NCBI GenBank assembly: GCA_030018455.1
Contig: JASEFU010000002.1
Span: forward strand, 141,480 to 205,479
DNA length: 64,000 nucleotides
DNA from: Dehalococcoidia bacterium
GTDB lineage: Bacteria; Chloroflexota; Dehalococcoidia; DSTF01; JALHUB01
Direction of reading: 5' to 3'
This document shows positions 9,723 to 18,614 of this stretch, piece by piece (the stretch's first letter is position 1; each line of letters begins with the position of its first letter). A program made the translations under genes and the position numbers. The notes beneath the pieces were generated by a model. It searched no databases and was not told where the DNA came from. It was given only the letters and a program-made list of their open reading frames with translations.

Positions 9723-10274
9723 GTGATGTTTAGGCGGGGGCGCCGCTACTGCGCAGAGTTGCATCGCCTCACCAAGGAATACCGAGTTGAGGGCATCTCA
9801 GCCTCAGCCCGCAAGCTCATCGCGACACACCGGCGAATGCGCCGTCTGCCAGGAGCGGCGGCTACGGCTTGTTTCGGCCGAGAGTGTCCTGCGGTCGCTG
9901 GTTCCTCTGCCCCTCCTGCTCAAGAAGAGAACTGCCGAGACAGCGACCCAAGCGTGGCCTTTGGTCAGCGGCGGAGCGTCCGGAGCGAGTGGGGTCGGTG
10001 GCAGCTGGGTGCGGTTGTCTCGCAGTGGCGGCCTGGTACAATCGCAGAAGTACGTCCGCAACAACCTGCGCCAAATCCCCCTGTGCCGCCGGGAGCCCGT
10101 TCTGCACAATTCGACGTTCTGGGACCACGCTCCCGCATCGCGCGCCGCATGCATCGATGGCTTGTTACCAGCGCCGGGCCTGCAAGAGGAACGGTAGCTC
10201 GAAAAGCAGAGGGTCGGAGAGCTTTCAATACAAGAGGCCGGGTGAACCCCCGGCCTGACTGCGTCTACCGCATG

Positions 10275-10323
10275 TGGAGCGGGAAACGGGACTCGAACCC
10301 GCGACCCTCTGCTTGGGAAGCAG
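10275..10323 (-). repeat. Partial tRNA-Gly 3' half (positions 28-76), displaced att copy
   Basis: 49/49 identity to 3' part of tRNA at 12903-12951. Confidence 0.8.
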
Positions 10324-10337
10324 TGACTGTTGCGGGT

Positions 10338-10667
10338 TCATCCGGCGCGCTCGAGGGCGCGGGCGAGGCGGTCGTGAGGGCCTCGGGACCTAGCGGCGCG
10401 AACGGAGCGCTCGACGTAGGAGAGGGGGCGGCGGTCGGCCTTCGAGGGCCTCCCGGGCTTGCGGGGCTTGGCGGGGATCCCGCGGGTGATGACGCCGGCC
10501 TTGATGAGGGTGACGGCGCGGTGGAGGTTCTGCAGGGCGCGGTCGGCGTCGGGGGAGTTGAGGGCGCGATAGAACAGGCGCTGGAGCTGCTGGCTACGGC
10601 GCCCGTGCTTAAGGGCGTTGAGGTTTCCTCGGGGCGCGCCCGCGCCTGATCGTCTTCCTCCGCGCAT
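10338..10667 (-). CDS. Hypothetical protein of the element (GNLNALKHG motif), basic C-terminus
   Basis: Very high GC3 coding signal; upstream AT-richer leader; start ATG 10665-10667. Confidence 0.45.
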   Translation of the reverse strand: MRGGRRSGAGAPRGNLNALKHGRRSQQLQRLFYRALNSPDADRALQNLHRAVTLIKAGVITRGIPAKPRKPGRPSKADRRPLSYVERSVRAARSRGPHDRLARALERAG

Positions 10668-11223
10668 TTTTGGGGGGTGTTTCTGAATCTGGCGTTTGAT
10701 TGTTTGGGCGGGGCGGGCGCCGTCAAGGGCGCGCGTGAGCGCGGGCCGGAGGCCTCGGAGACCCTTGACGGCGTGGTGGTGGCGACGATCGCGGTCGCCG
10801 TCGCCGCCGTCGACCGTCGGCGGCGACGGCATACCTAACCGCCGCGCCCACTTCCTGCCGCGACGGCGGGCGGCTGCGAGCACGAGGGCGGCCCGCTGGT
10901 CGAGCTAGCTGGTCGTTTCGAACATGGCCCGGGGGCATCCGTGGGGCACCGATACTTTCGGGCCGCCGGAGGGCCGCACCGCCCGCCGGATTGTAGCACG
11001 GGGTGGCTGCTGGCTTCGAGGGGAGCCCGCCGCAGGCGGGACCCGCGAAGCGCCCGCGAGCCGGACGGCGACGTGGGCGCGAGCGGATCAGCCAAAGAGC
11101 GCGCGGCGGGTGGGCGGGCAAGCGCGATACCGCTTTGACGACGACGAACGACGGCAGGCGCGCCGTGCGGTGTGGCGTGGAAGCGGGCCGCGAGAGCGGG
11201 CCGCGCGGGCGGCTCCCGGGCCG

Positions 11224-11463
11224 TCAGGAGGCGGCCTTGCGGGCTGCGCGGGTGATTTCGGGGGGTGTGTCGTCGTCGACGAGCACGGCGGCGCCGGTGG
11301 AGTAGAGGGTGAGTATGAAGCCGCGGGGGTTGTCGGCGAGGTAGCGGTCGGGGTGGCGTTGCGCGGGGAGGTCGGGGCGGTTGAGCTTGACGATGACGGT
11401 GAGGGCGCCGTTGTCGCGGTCGACGAGTACGTCGGTGAGACGGCCGTGTTTGACCTTGAGCAT
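11224..11463 (-). CDS. Hypothetical small protein, immediately downstream of integrase
   Basis: 79 aa, near-100% GC3; 5-bp gap to integrase stop. Confidence 0.45.
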   Translation of the reverse strand: MLKVKHGRLTDVLVDRDNGALTVIVKLNRPDLPAQRHPDRYLADNPRGFILTLYSTGAAVLVDDDTPPEITRAARKAAS

Positions 11464-11467
11464 GTCG

Positions 11468-12346
11468 TCATTGTAGCAGGCGGCCCTGGGCGGCTGCGGG
11501 CCTTCGGGCGATGGGGCTGAAGCGGGCGTGCTGGGCGCGGACGTCGCGTAGGTCCATGTCGACGTATCGCTTCGTGGTGTCGATCTGGCGGTGGCCGAGG
11601 ATTCGTTGGAGGGAGAACACGTCGCCCCCGGCGGTGATGTAGAGGCGGGCGAAGGTGTGGCGTAGGAGGTGGGGGCCGCCGGGGATCCCCGCGCGCTTGA
11701 GGGACCGGCGGACGGCTTGGGAGACGCCTGAGGGGGTGAGGGGGCCTTTGCGCCCGGCCCAGAGGGTGGTTGCGTCTCCGAGGCCGACGAGGGCGGCGAG
11801 GACCTGCGGGCTGACGGGGATTTCGCGCATTCCGGTTTTGCCGGTGACGAGGGTAGCGGGGCCGAGGTGGGCGCGGGAGAGGGTGGCGACCTCGCCGATT
11901 CGGAGGCCGGTGTCGAGTAGGAGCAGCAGCAGGGCGCGGTCGCGGCGGGCTGCGGGGCCGGTGCGCGCTGCTGCGGTGGCGAGCAGGTGGTCGACCTGGT
12001 CGTCGGATAGGGCGCGGGGGAGTAGCTGGCGGCGCCGGGGCGGCGCGAGCTCGAGGGCGGGGTTCGGGACGCCGAGGCGTGCCGAGGCCCAGCGAAAAAA
12101 CGTGCGCCAGACGCGAAACACGTCGTGGCGGCTTTCGGGGGATAGTGGGAGTGCGGCGAGCGCGTTTTCGAGGGGCTCAGGGGCGCTAGGGAGCGCGTGG
12201 GAGGCGTTTTTGAGGGGACGGAGGGCCCAGAGGTAGGCCTGCAGGGTCTTGGGCGCGAGGTTGCGGGCCCTGCAGGAGGCGATGAAGGCGTTGACGGCTG
12301 CCTCTGTGGTCAGGGTTTCGGGCGGTGGCGCTGTTCTACGAGCCAT
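11468..12346 (-). CDS. Tyrosine recombinase/integrase (XerC/D-like)
   Basis: 292 aa; C-terminal RHTFARLYITAGGDVFSLQRILGHRQIDTTKRYVDM (R..H..R..Y catalytic signature). Confidence 0.9.
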   Translation of the reverse strand: MARRTAPPPETLTTEAAVNAFIASCRARNLAPKTLQAYLWALRPLKNASHALPSAPEPLENALAALPLSPESRHDVFRVWRTFFRWASARLGVPNPALELAPPRRRQLLPRALSDDQVDHLLATAAARTGPAARRDRALLLLLLDTGLRIGEVATLSRAHLGPATLVTGKTGMREIPVSPQVLAALVGLGDATTLWAGRKGPLTPSGVSQAVRRSLKRAGIPGGPHLLRHTFARLYITAGGDVFSLQRILGHRQIDTTKRYVDMDLRDVRAQHARFSPIARRPAAAQGRLLQ

Positions 12347-12789
12347 CGGATGAAGCCGGCAGGGTTGCGGATTGCGCGGCGGTCGCCTTCGTAGTAGTCG
12401 CGGACGGCGCGCTGGATTGTGTGCTGTCCGTACTGGGCGACGAAGGCCTCGGCGCCCGCGAAGCCGAACATTGTTCGGAGGTAGTCGACGAATTCGAGTT
12501 CGTCGGGCGAGAGGGGGATCGCGCGCGCGTGCGGGGGCGCGCCCCTCCCCTCCCCCCTTTGTTGAGAGATCCCCTCCCGGGCCCGTTGTTGAGAGAGAGA
12601 GGGATGATCCTCACTCTCTCTCTCAAGATCCAGACCGCGCGCGTGCGCGTGAAGCGGGCGGGGGCGGGCGGGCGCGTCGAGGGGTGGTTTGCGGTCGAGG
12701 TGGTGCGGCTGGCGGGTGTGTGGAGACTGCTGAGCGGGCATTTCGGCCCCCCTTTCGTGGTGTAGCTGAGCCGAGGGTAGCGGGGGCAA
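12310..12789 (-). CDS. Hypothetical protein upstream of integrase (start uncertain; N-terminal half low complexity)
   Basis: C-terminal 70 aa (SPDELEFVDYLRTMFGFAGAEAFVAQYGQHTIQRAVRDYYEGDRRAIRNPAGFIRWLVEQ) has good GC3; overlaps int start by 37 nt. Confidence 0.3.
   Translation of the reverse strand: MPPLPSAQLHHERGAEMPAQQSPHTRQPHHLDRKPPLDAPARPRPLHAHARGLDLERESEDHPSLSQQRAREGISQQRGEGRGAPPHARAIPLSPDELEFVDYLRTMFGFAGAEAFVAQYGQHTIQRAVRDYYEGDRRAIRNPAGFIRWLVEQRHRPKP
12589..12626. repeat. 38-bp palindrome with 13-bp (GA)n/(TC)n arms (TTGAGAGAGAGAG-12nt-CTCTCTCTCTCAA)
   Basis: Perfect 13-bp inverted arms; spacer GGATGATCCTCA contains a 4-bp sub-palindrome; adjacent 11-12-bp direct repeats TTGTTGAGAGA at 12558-12569 and 12585-12597. 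Confidence 0.7.
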
Positions 12790-12902
12790 AGCTTAGCGTC
12801 AAGGGGGTAGTTGGGGAAGAGGCCCCGGCCGTCAAGTAGCTACACCTGGGGGCCGTACGTTGGCCTCTGCGGACTCGAGGCCTCTCCCGGCATTTTAGCA
12901 TG

Positions 12903-12978
12903 TGGAGCGGGAAACGGGACTCGAACCCGCGACCCTCTGCTTGGGAAGCAGATGCTCTGCCAACTGAGCTATTCCCGC
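12903..12978 (-). tRNA. tRNA-Gly (anticodon CCC)
   Basis: 76 nt cloverleaf: acceptor GCGGGAA/TTCCCGC, D-arm GCTC-AGTTGGCA-GAGC, anticodon loop TTCCCAA, T-arm GCGGG-TTCGAGT-CCCGT, discriminator T, CCA encoded. Confidence 0.85.
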
Positions 12979-13194
12979 TCGAATCTCATTGTATGAACGA
13001 CACCCGCGACTGTCAACGGGGTCACGCGGCAGCCCGGCACAAAGCCCACCGGCGCGAAGAGTGACGACGGATAGGCTCCGGGTCACCCGTCGCGCAGCCA
13101 CCTCAGGAACCGCGACGCCTCGACTTCTTTGCGCCATCGCTGACGCGTCTCGACGAGTTCTTCCGTGCTCTCCGCAACGCGGCAGCGGCCGTCG

Positions 13195-14361
13195 CTAGCT
13201 CTGTGGCCGCTGGCTGAAGCGACGGCCGAAGAGCGCGCTCGCCATCGTGATCCGCAGCATCTGGACGGTGCCCCCGGCGACCCGCCACGCCAGCGCATCG
13301 CGGTGCATCCTCTCCACCGGGAACTGTTTGCTGTACCCGTACCCGCCGAGCACCTGCATCGCTGTGCTCGTCACCTCGGCCGCCATCTCGTTCGCGTAGC
13401 ACTTGCCCATGACCGACTCGAGGATCGAGGGGAACTCGCGGCCCGCCCCGCACGCCGCGCGATAGACCAGCAGACGGGCGGCGTCCAACTTCATCGCCAT
13501 GTTCACGACCATGAACTGCACGTCCTGGAACTCGCAGATCGGCCGGCCGAACGCCTTCCGCTCCAGCGCGTATGCCCGCGCCTCCTCGAGCGCGCCGCCC
13601 GCGACGCCGAGACACATCGCCGCGTTGCCGCAGCGCTCCAGGTCGAATGTCGTCATCAGCTCGCGGAAGCGGCCCGCTTCCAGCACCACGTTGCCTCTCG
13701 GCACCCGCACGTCGTCGAAGATGAGGTCGCACGAGGGCATGCCGCGGAGCCCCATGAACTGCTCCTGCTCCCCGAACGCGAACCCGGGCATGCCCTTTTC
13801 GACGATGACCGCTCCGATACCGCGCGCGCCCGGCTCGTTCCCAAACCGGCAGTACACGAGGTAGTGGCTCGACTCGCCGCCGCCGGAGATGAAAGTCTTG
13901 CGCCCGTTCAACACCAGGCTGTCGCCGTCTTCCACCACCCGCGTCGAGAGCGACGTCAAATCCGAGCCCGCCTCCGGCTCGGTCATGGCGACCGACACGC
14001 TAAACTCACCACTGCACACGCCGGGAATAATGGCCCGCTTCTGCGCATCGCTGCCGAAGCTATCGATAACCTTTACCGGCCCGATATTCGACTCGAACAC
14101 GGGCGTCGCTATTACCGGACTGAACTTCGCCAGCTCCTCGATGGCAAGGATGGCGTTGATCCCCGGCCGTCCGCCGCCGCCGTACTGGGGTGACAGGGTC
14201 ATCCCCAGCAGGCCCAGGTCCGCGTACGTCTCCACGAGATGCCTCGGCAACTCCCCCGTCCTGTCGACCTCCGCCGCCAGCGTCCGCAGGTTCTCGCGCT
14301 TGCCCAGCTCCCGCAGCGTGTTGACGAGCATGCGCTGCTCTTCGTCCAGCTCGAAGTCCAT
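13195..14361 (-). CDS. Acyl-CoA dehydrogenase
   Basis: ACAD family similarity throughout (MDFELDEEQ... N-term, FAD/CoA motifs); start at internal M of ORF. Confidence 0.85.
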   Translation of the reverse strand: MDFELDEEQRMLVNTLRELGKRENLRTLAAEVDRTGELPRHLVETYADLGLLGMTLSPQYGGGGRPGINAILAIEELAKFSPVIATPVFESNIGPVKVIDSFGSDAQKRAIIPGVCSGEFSVSVAMTEPEAGSDLTSLSTRVVEDGDSLVLNGRKTFISGGGESSHYLVYCRFGNEPGARGIGAVIVEKGMPGFAFGEQEQFMGLRGMPSCDLIFDDVRVPRGNVVLEAGRFRELMTTFDLERCGNAAMCLGVAGGALEEARAYALERKAFGRPICEFQDVQFMVVNMAMKLDAARLLVYRAACGAGREFPSILESVMGKCYANEMAAEVTSTAMQVLGGYGYSKQFPVERMHRDALAWRVAGGTVQMLRITMASALFGRRFSQRPQS

Positions 14362-14552
14362 GGCTGCCTCCCCTTGTCTTTGGCCCGTGGTTGCGCCAGT
14401 GTAGGTGCGCCTCTTCGAAGGTGTCAAGGCGGGCGACCCTTGGCGCGGCCTGAATGGTTCCGCTCTTCGCTCCGACGATATAGACTGTCAGCGTCTCTTT
14501 GACTGCGACTCGCGGCGGTGGCAGCAAAGTCGGAAGGAGCGCCCCGGACGAC

Positions 14553-15359
14553 ATGCCGTTTGCGAAGATAAACGGGTTCGATATGCACTACGAAGTGCAG
14601 GGCGAAGGGCCGCCGATCGTCTTCGCGCACGGCCTGCTCAGCAGCATCGCGATGGCGGAACTGCTCGGCGAGGTGCCGCCCTCGCTTTTCGGTGAGTTCA
14701 CCATCATACGCTACGATTCTCGCGGCCACGGCGAGTCCGGCTACACTACCGCCGTCCGCGACTACATGTGGGACACCCTCGCCGAGGACCTCCACGGCCT
14801 CTTCCTCCATCTCGGGCTGGAGAGCGCGCACCTCAGCGGCAGCTCGATGGGAGGGGGAGCGGCGATAGTGTTCGCGCTGAGGCACCCGGAGATGGTGCGA
14901 AAGCTGGTACTGCAATCACCGCCGCCGATCGGGCAGCGAGAGTCGTCGTACGGGGCGGCGCTGTTTGGCGGCCTGGCGCTGCTCGTCGAAGGACTGGGCC
15001 TCCGGGAAGCCGTCGACATTGCGCTGCGGCTCAAGCCCTGGTGCGACGTCAAAGAGGCGGCGCCCCCCGTCTTCGAGTGGATCCGCAACTGGCTCCTTTC
15101 GCTGAAAGAAGAGGCGATCGTGCCCGCCATCCGTGGTGTCGTGCACGGGCCGGCGCTATCGGGGGAAGACTTCGCGCGGATTGCGGCGCCCACGCTGCTA
15201 GTCGCCCACCCGGACGACGAAATTCACCCCCTCGAATCGGCGGAGTTGCTGCACAGCCTCATCCCCGACTCGCGCCTCGTCGTCGCGCCCAACGGGCTGC
15301 ACTTCATGCTCCACCGCGACGAGCTGGGGCAGATCATGAGCGACTTCCTGAAGGAGTGA
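14553..15359 (+). CDS. Alpha/beta hydrolase
   Basis: IVFAHGLLSS...GHGESG...GSSMGG nucleophile elbow. Confidence 0.8.
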   Translation: MPFAKINGFDMHYEVQGEGPPIVFAHGLLSSIAMAELLGEVPPSLFGEFTIIRYDSRGHGESGYTTAVRDYMWDTLAEDLHGLFLHLGLESAHLSGSSMGGGAAIVFALRHPEMVRKLVLQSPPPIGQRESSYGAALFGGLALLVEGLGLREAVDIALRLKPWCDVKEAAPPVFEWIRNWLLSLKEEAIVPAIRGVVHGPALSGEDFARIAAPTLLVAHPDDEIHPLESAELLHSLIPDSRLVVAPNGLHFMLHRDELGQIMSDFLKE

Positions 15360-15414
15360 TGCGGGCGTCGCTTTGGGGCGCGACCGGCGAAGGGCAGATC
15401 GAGGACGGATAGTG

Positions 15415-16308
15415 CTAGCGCGCCACTTCCGGCGCCTCCCGCAGGCGCGACTCGTTCCGACGGCCGTGGAGCCAGCCGGCCGCCACGCCCAGCGTCGCGA
15501 ACACGACGCCGAGGAGCACGAAGCCGATCCCCGTGTGTATCGGGAGCCAGATAACGTCCTTCCCTAGGGAATATAGCTGCGCCGTGAGGTAATCGCCCTC
15601 GCTCTCCGACGCCAGCTTCAGCGCGAACCGCACACCCACGGCCAGCAGGAGGTAGGGCAGCGCGGCCGCCATCAGTATGACGCCCAGCGCCGTGAGCCTT
15701 CCGTACCCGCGACTGAGGAGCACGAGGACCAGCGTGAGCACGAGCGTCGCGCCCAGCAGGGCCGCCGTCACCACGCGCGCGATCTCGTACGTGTCCTCTG
15801 TGACCAGCCCCACCGTATACCTCACCGCACCCGGCGCCGACAGCAGCGATATGTCCCCCGACGCAGCCTCCCGCTCCTCGAACGCGGCAAGACCCCGTTC
15901 GTAGAACCTGTCGGCCGAGCGCGACAAGATCACCTCGCGCAGCTCTCCGGTGGAGAGCCGCTGCACCTCCTCGCCCGAAAGCGGCACGTCTATCGGATAG
16001 TGCGCGAGCCTCAGCTCTTCCTCCGGCGACTCCTCGGCGGCTGCCCTGAGGTCGTCCTCGCTCTCCACCAGCAGGGCGTCGATCTCCGTCAGGCTGGCAA
16101 GCGCGCGGTGCAAAGTCTCAGAGGCGGGTTCGGGCGACGTTATCTGAAGTATGTTCACCGAGAGGAGGAGCGCGCCCATCACCGCCACGAGGATCACGCC
16201 GCTCCCCCACGTGAAGAGAGTGCGCCAGAAGCCGCGCGAGACGCTGACCGTGAAGGACGCGGCCGGGGGCTCGGTGGTTATCGTGTTGTCGCCGGCGCTC
16301 GCGCCCAT
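15415..16308 (-). CDS. Membrane protein, unknown function
   Basis: 297 aa, N-terminal TM + C-terminal multi-TM region. Confidence 0.5.
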   Translation of the reverse strand: MGASAGDNTITTEPPAASFTVSVSRGFWRTLFTWGSGVILVAVMGALLLSVNILQITSPEPASETLHRALASLTEIDALLVESEDDLRAAAEESPEEELRLAHYPIDVPLSGEEVQRLSTGELREVILSRSADRFYERGLAAFEEREAASGDISLLSAPGAVRYTVGLVTEDTYEIARVVTAALLGATLVLTLVLVLLSRGYGRLTALGVILMAAALPYLLLAVGVRFALKLASESEGDYLTAQLYSLGKDVIWLPIHTGIGFVLLGVVFATLGVAAGWLHGRRNESRLREAPEVAR

Positions 16309-16326
16309 TCGCCTCCCTCCGGCGCC

Positions 16327-16890
16327 TCAAGCCATCCGCACTACAAGCGTGCCCGCAATACGGTCGTGCAGGCCCCGTCGCTGCTCGTCGAAGGCCATTG
16401 CGCCGAGGGCGATGAGCGGCGAGAGCAGCGAAAGCAGCGCCAGGCTGACGGTCACGACGAGGACGACGACGTTTAGGGTGAGCGAAGTCGCGAATATCGC
16501 CAGGAGGGCCCACGGCACCGCCAGCAACGGGTGGAACAGGAGAGGGTCAAGCAGGAGGATTCGGGCCGCCGCCTGCCCGAGCGTCAGCCCGCTGCCGTTG
16601 GCGCCCGCCACTCGTATCCCCACGATGTACTTGCCCACGCTCTGCCCCTTCCACATCAGCAGCCACAGGTTGAAAGCGAACCAGAAGGGGACAACCGCCA
16701 CTATCATGCCGAGAGAAGTGTAGAAGGCCGAATCGGGCGGGTCCACCTCGCCGAAGTCGCTGCGCAGGAGGAGCTGGAAGAGCGAGGCCGTGAGGAAGAC
16801 GGACGAGAAAGCCAGCAGGATTATCGTGTCGAACAGAAAGGCGACTACTCTCGCTTCCAGTCCGGCGTAGCGGGGAACCGGTGCTGTCAT
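16327..16890 (-). CDS. RDD family membrane protein
   Basis: RDD-like pattern, 3-4 TM. Confidence 0.65.
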   Translation of the reverse strand: MTAPVPRYAGLEARVVAFLFDTIILLAFSSVFLTASLFQLLLRSDFGEVDPPDSAFYTSLGMIVAVVPFWFAFNLWLLMWKGQSVGKYIVGIRVAGANGSGLTLGQAAARILLLDPLLFHPLLAVPWALLAIFATSLTLNVVVLVVTVSLALLSLLSPLIALGAMAFDEQRRGLHDRIAGTLVVRMA

Positions 16891-17055
16891 ATTCTCATGT
16901 CTCCGCGCGCTGATTATATCACGCCCGGCGAAGGCGGCTCAAAGAAGGACAGTGGTCATAATCGACTCGACATAAGGTCGCCGCTCGGGAAAGCCGACGG
17001 CGGGGAGCGTGCGGCCCGCCGCGCTCATCGATGGCCACGACGCGGCGAGGCGGTG

Positions 17056-17084
17056 TTGTCGGGTGACAAACCCTGTGCTAGACT
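17056..17084 (+). promoter_or_regulatory. Putative sigma70-type promoter TTGTCG-17-TAGACT for 17107 gene
   Basis: Hexamers with 17-nt spacer ~23 nt upstream of ATG. Confidence 0.3.
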
Positions 17085-17106
17085 GCTTTTATCGGTTACG
17101 CTCTAA

Positions 17107-18378
17107 ATGACTGCCCTGCTCTCCATGCTCAGACGCGTTCCCCAGGCGCCCTCCCTCATCGCCGTCGCCCTCATCGTGTTCTTCTCGCTGCTCGCAAGCT
17201 GGCGCTTTGTCGTCCTCCTCGGCCTGCCCCTCTCGCCCGACGATTACGACCTCGCCGGTTGGGAGGTGCGGCATGTCACCAACAAGTGGCTGCACGCCCT
17301 GGGCAGCGTGGGAAGGGAAGGCCCCAATGTCGAGGAGGAGAACGCGGCAATCGACGATTACATCCGTTTGCAGAAGCAGGTGGAGGAACTGGAGGCGGGG
17401 CTGGTCCGGCTCCCCCGGGACAATCCCGGCGCGCCCGAAAACGAAGCGCTGCTCGCGGAACTGGAAAAACGCCGCCGGGAGAGAGACCGTTTGGAGAATG
17501 AGGTCGAAGCGGCGATCGAGCGGCGGCTAAGCGACGAGATCGTGCGCCTCGGGCTCCAGCGCTCGCTGCCCCTCTTCTCCAACGTCCGCTGGGTCTTTCC
17601 GCCGGTCGACATCGAGTTCGACAGCCCCCCGTGGGTGCTGGTGAAGTCACCGAGGAGGGAAATCCGCCTGGAGAGTGCCCGGCTCCTCAACATCGATCTG
17701 ACGCTCGAAGAGGTGCTGGAGCTGGAAGAGGCGTCCGAGGGCCCGGACACTTCGGCGCTGGCGGTGAGCAGCGGTGGCGTCGCCACCTATCCCAGCGTCA
17801 TCCCGCCGATGGACGACTACGCCCGCACCCTGGAGCTGGCCGCCCACGAATGGCTCCACCAGTACCTTTTCTTTCAGCCGCTGGGCGCCCGGTACTTCGG
17901 CGGGACGGCGGTAAGGACGATAAACGAGACCGTGGCCGACATCGCGGGGGAGGAGATCGGACGGCTTGTCCTCGCGAACGGGCCTCTTCCGCAGTCCGCC
18001 GCCCAGCTGGAGACGGCGCCGCCCGCCGAAGACAGCGACGGAGAAACATTTCAGGTGATGCGCCAGCTACGCCTGGACGTCGACCGTCTGCTCGCCGAAG
18101 GAAGGGTGGACGAGGCGGAAGCGCTGATGGAGGAAAAGCGCCTCTACCTGGCCGAGAACGGGTACTACGTTCGGAGAATAAACCAGGCCTACTTCGCCTT
18201 TCACGGGCTCTACGGCACCTCGCCCGCTTCCAGCAGTCCCATCGGCCCCAAGGTCGAGAGGCTACGGGAGTGCGCCCCTTCGCTGAGGGAATTCGTCAGG
18301 TCGGTATCGCAGGTGACAAGCGAAGGGGACCTGGACAGGCTCTTGGAGGAGTGCGAGGCGGCTGCTACTCCACCCTGA
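17107..18378 (+). CDS. Membrane-anchored hypothetical protein with HExxH motif (possible metallopeptidase)
   Basis: N-terminal TM; coiled-coil; AAHEWLHQ (HEWLH). Confidence 0.5.
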   Translation: MTALLSMLRRVPQAPSLIAVALIVFFSLLASWRFVVLLGLPLSPDDYDLAGWEVRHVTNKWLHALGSVGREGPNVEEENAAIDDYIRLQKQVEELEAGLVRLPRDNPGAPENEALLAELEKRRRERDRLENEVEAAIERRLSDEIVRLGLQRSLPLFSNVRWVFPPVDIEFDSPPWVLVKSPRREIRLESARLLNIDLTLEEVLELEEASEGPDTSALAVSSGGVATYPSVIPPMDDYARTLELAAHEWLHQYLFFQPLGARYFGGTAVRTINETVADIAGEEIGRLVLANGPLPQSAAQLETAPPAEDSDGETFQVMRQLRLDVDRLLAEGRVDEAEALMEEKRLYLAENGYYVRRINQAYFAFHGLYGTSPASSSPIGPKVERLRECAPSLREFVRSVSQVTSEGDLDRLLEECEAAATPP

Positions 18379-18595
18379 TCTCTGTCCGGCGCGCTTTCTG
18401 CTCCTTCTCTTCCTTTTCCGTCAGGCCCGCGAGCGCGGCGTCGATGAGATTGCGCATCGCCATCAGCATCTCCTTGCGCGCGCTCAGCAGGTGGCCGCGC
18501 ACCTCCGGCGAAAACATGCGCATGCCCGGCTTCCTGATGCGCAGGACAATCTCCTCGTCCTCAGTCAGCTCGCACTCAAACACCTTTTCAGCCAT
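18365..18595 (-). CDS. Small hypothetical protein downstream of ArsA/GET3-like ATPase
   Basis: 76 aa from MAEKVFECELTEDEEIVLRIRKPGMRMF...; 20 nt after upstream stop. Confidence 0.35.
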   Translation of the reverse strand: MAEKVFECELTEDEEIVLRIRKPGMRMFSPEVRGHLLSARKEMLMAMRNLIDAALAGLTEKEEKEQKARRTEIRVE

Positions 18596-18614
18596 ATCGG
18601 ACCTCCTGGGGCCG

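Larger units (their letters stand above)
10270..12951. mobile_element. Small integrative element (or remnant) inserted in tRNA-Gly(CCC), bounded by 54-bp direct repeats
   Basis: Direct repeat 10270-10323 = 12898-12951 (tRNA 3' half from anticodon stem + 5 nt); tyrosine integrase adjacent to intact tRNA. Confidence 0.65.

Noticed and set aside
9787-10197. ORF with HTGECAVC (zf-HC2-like HxxxCxxC) as an anti-sigma factor downstream of the ECF sigma
   Set aside because: GC3 and codon usage are poor compared with real genes here. The region is lower-GC and overlapped by equally long alternative-frame ORFs, so it cannot be supported.
9651-10649. 332-aa ORF running from sigma region 4 across the partial tRNA
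   Set aside because: Arg/Gly-rich nonsense after the region-4 helix, and it crosses a tRNA-derived repeat. It is an open frame typical of high-GC DNA, not a gene.
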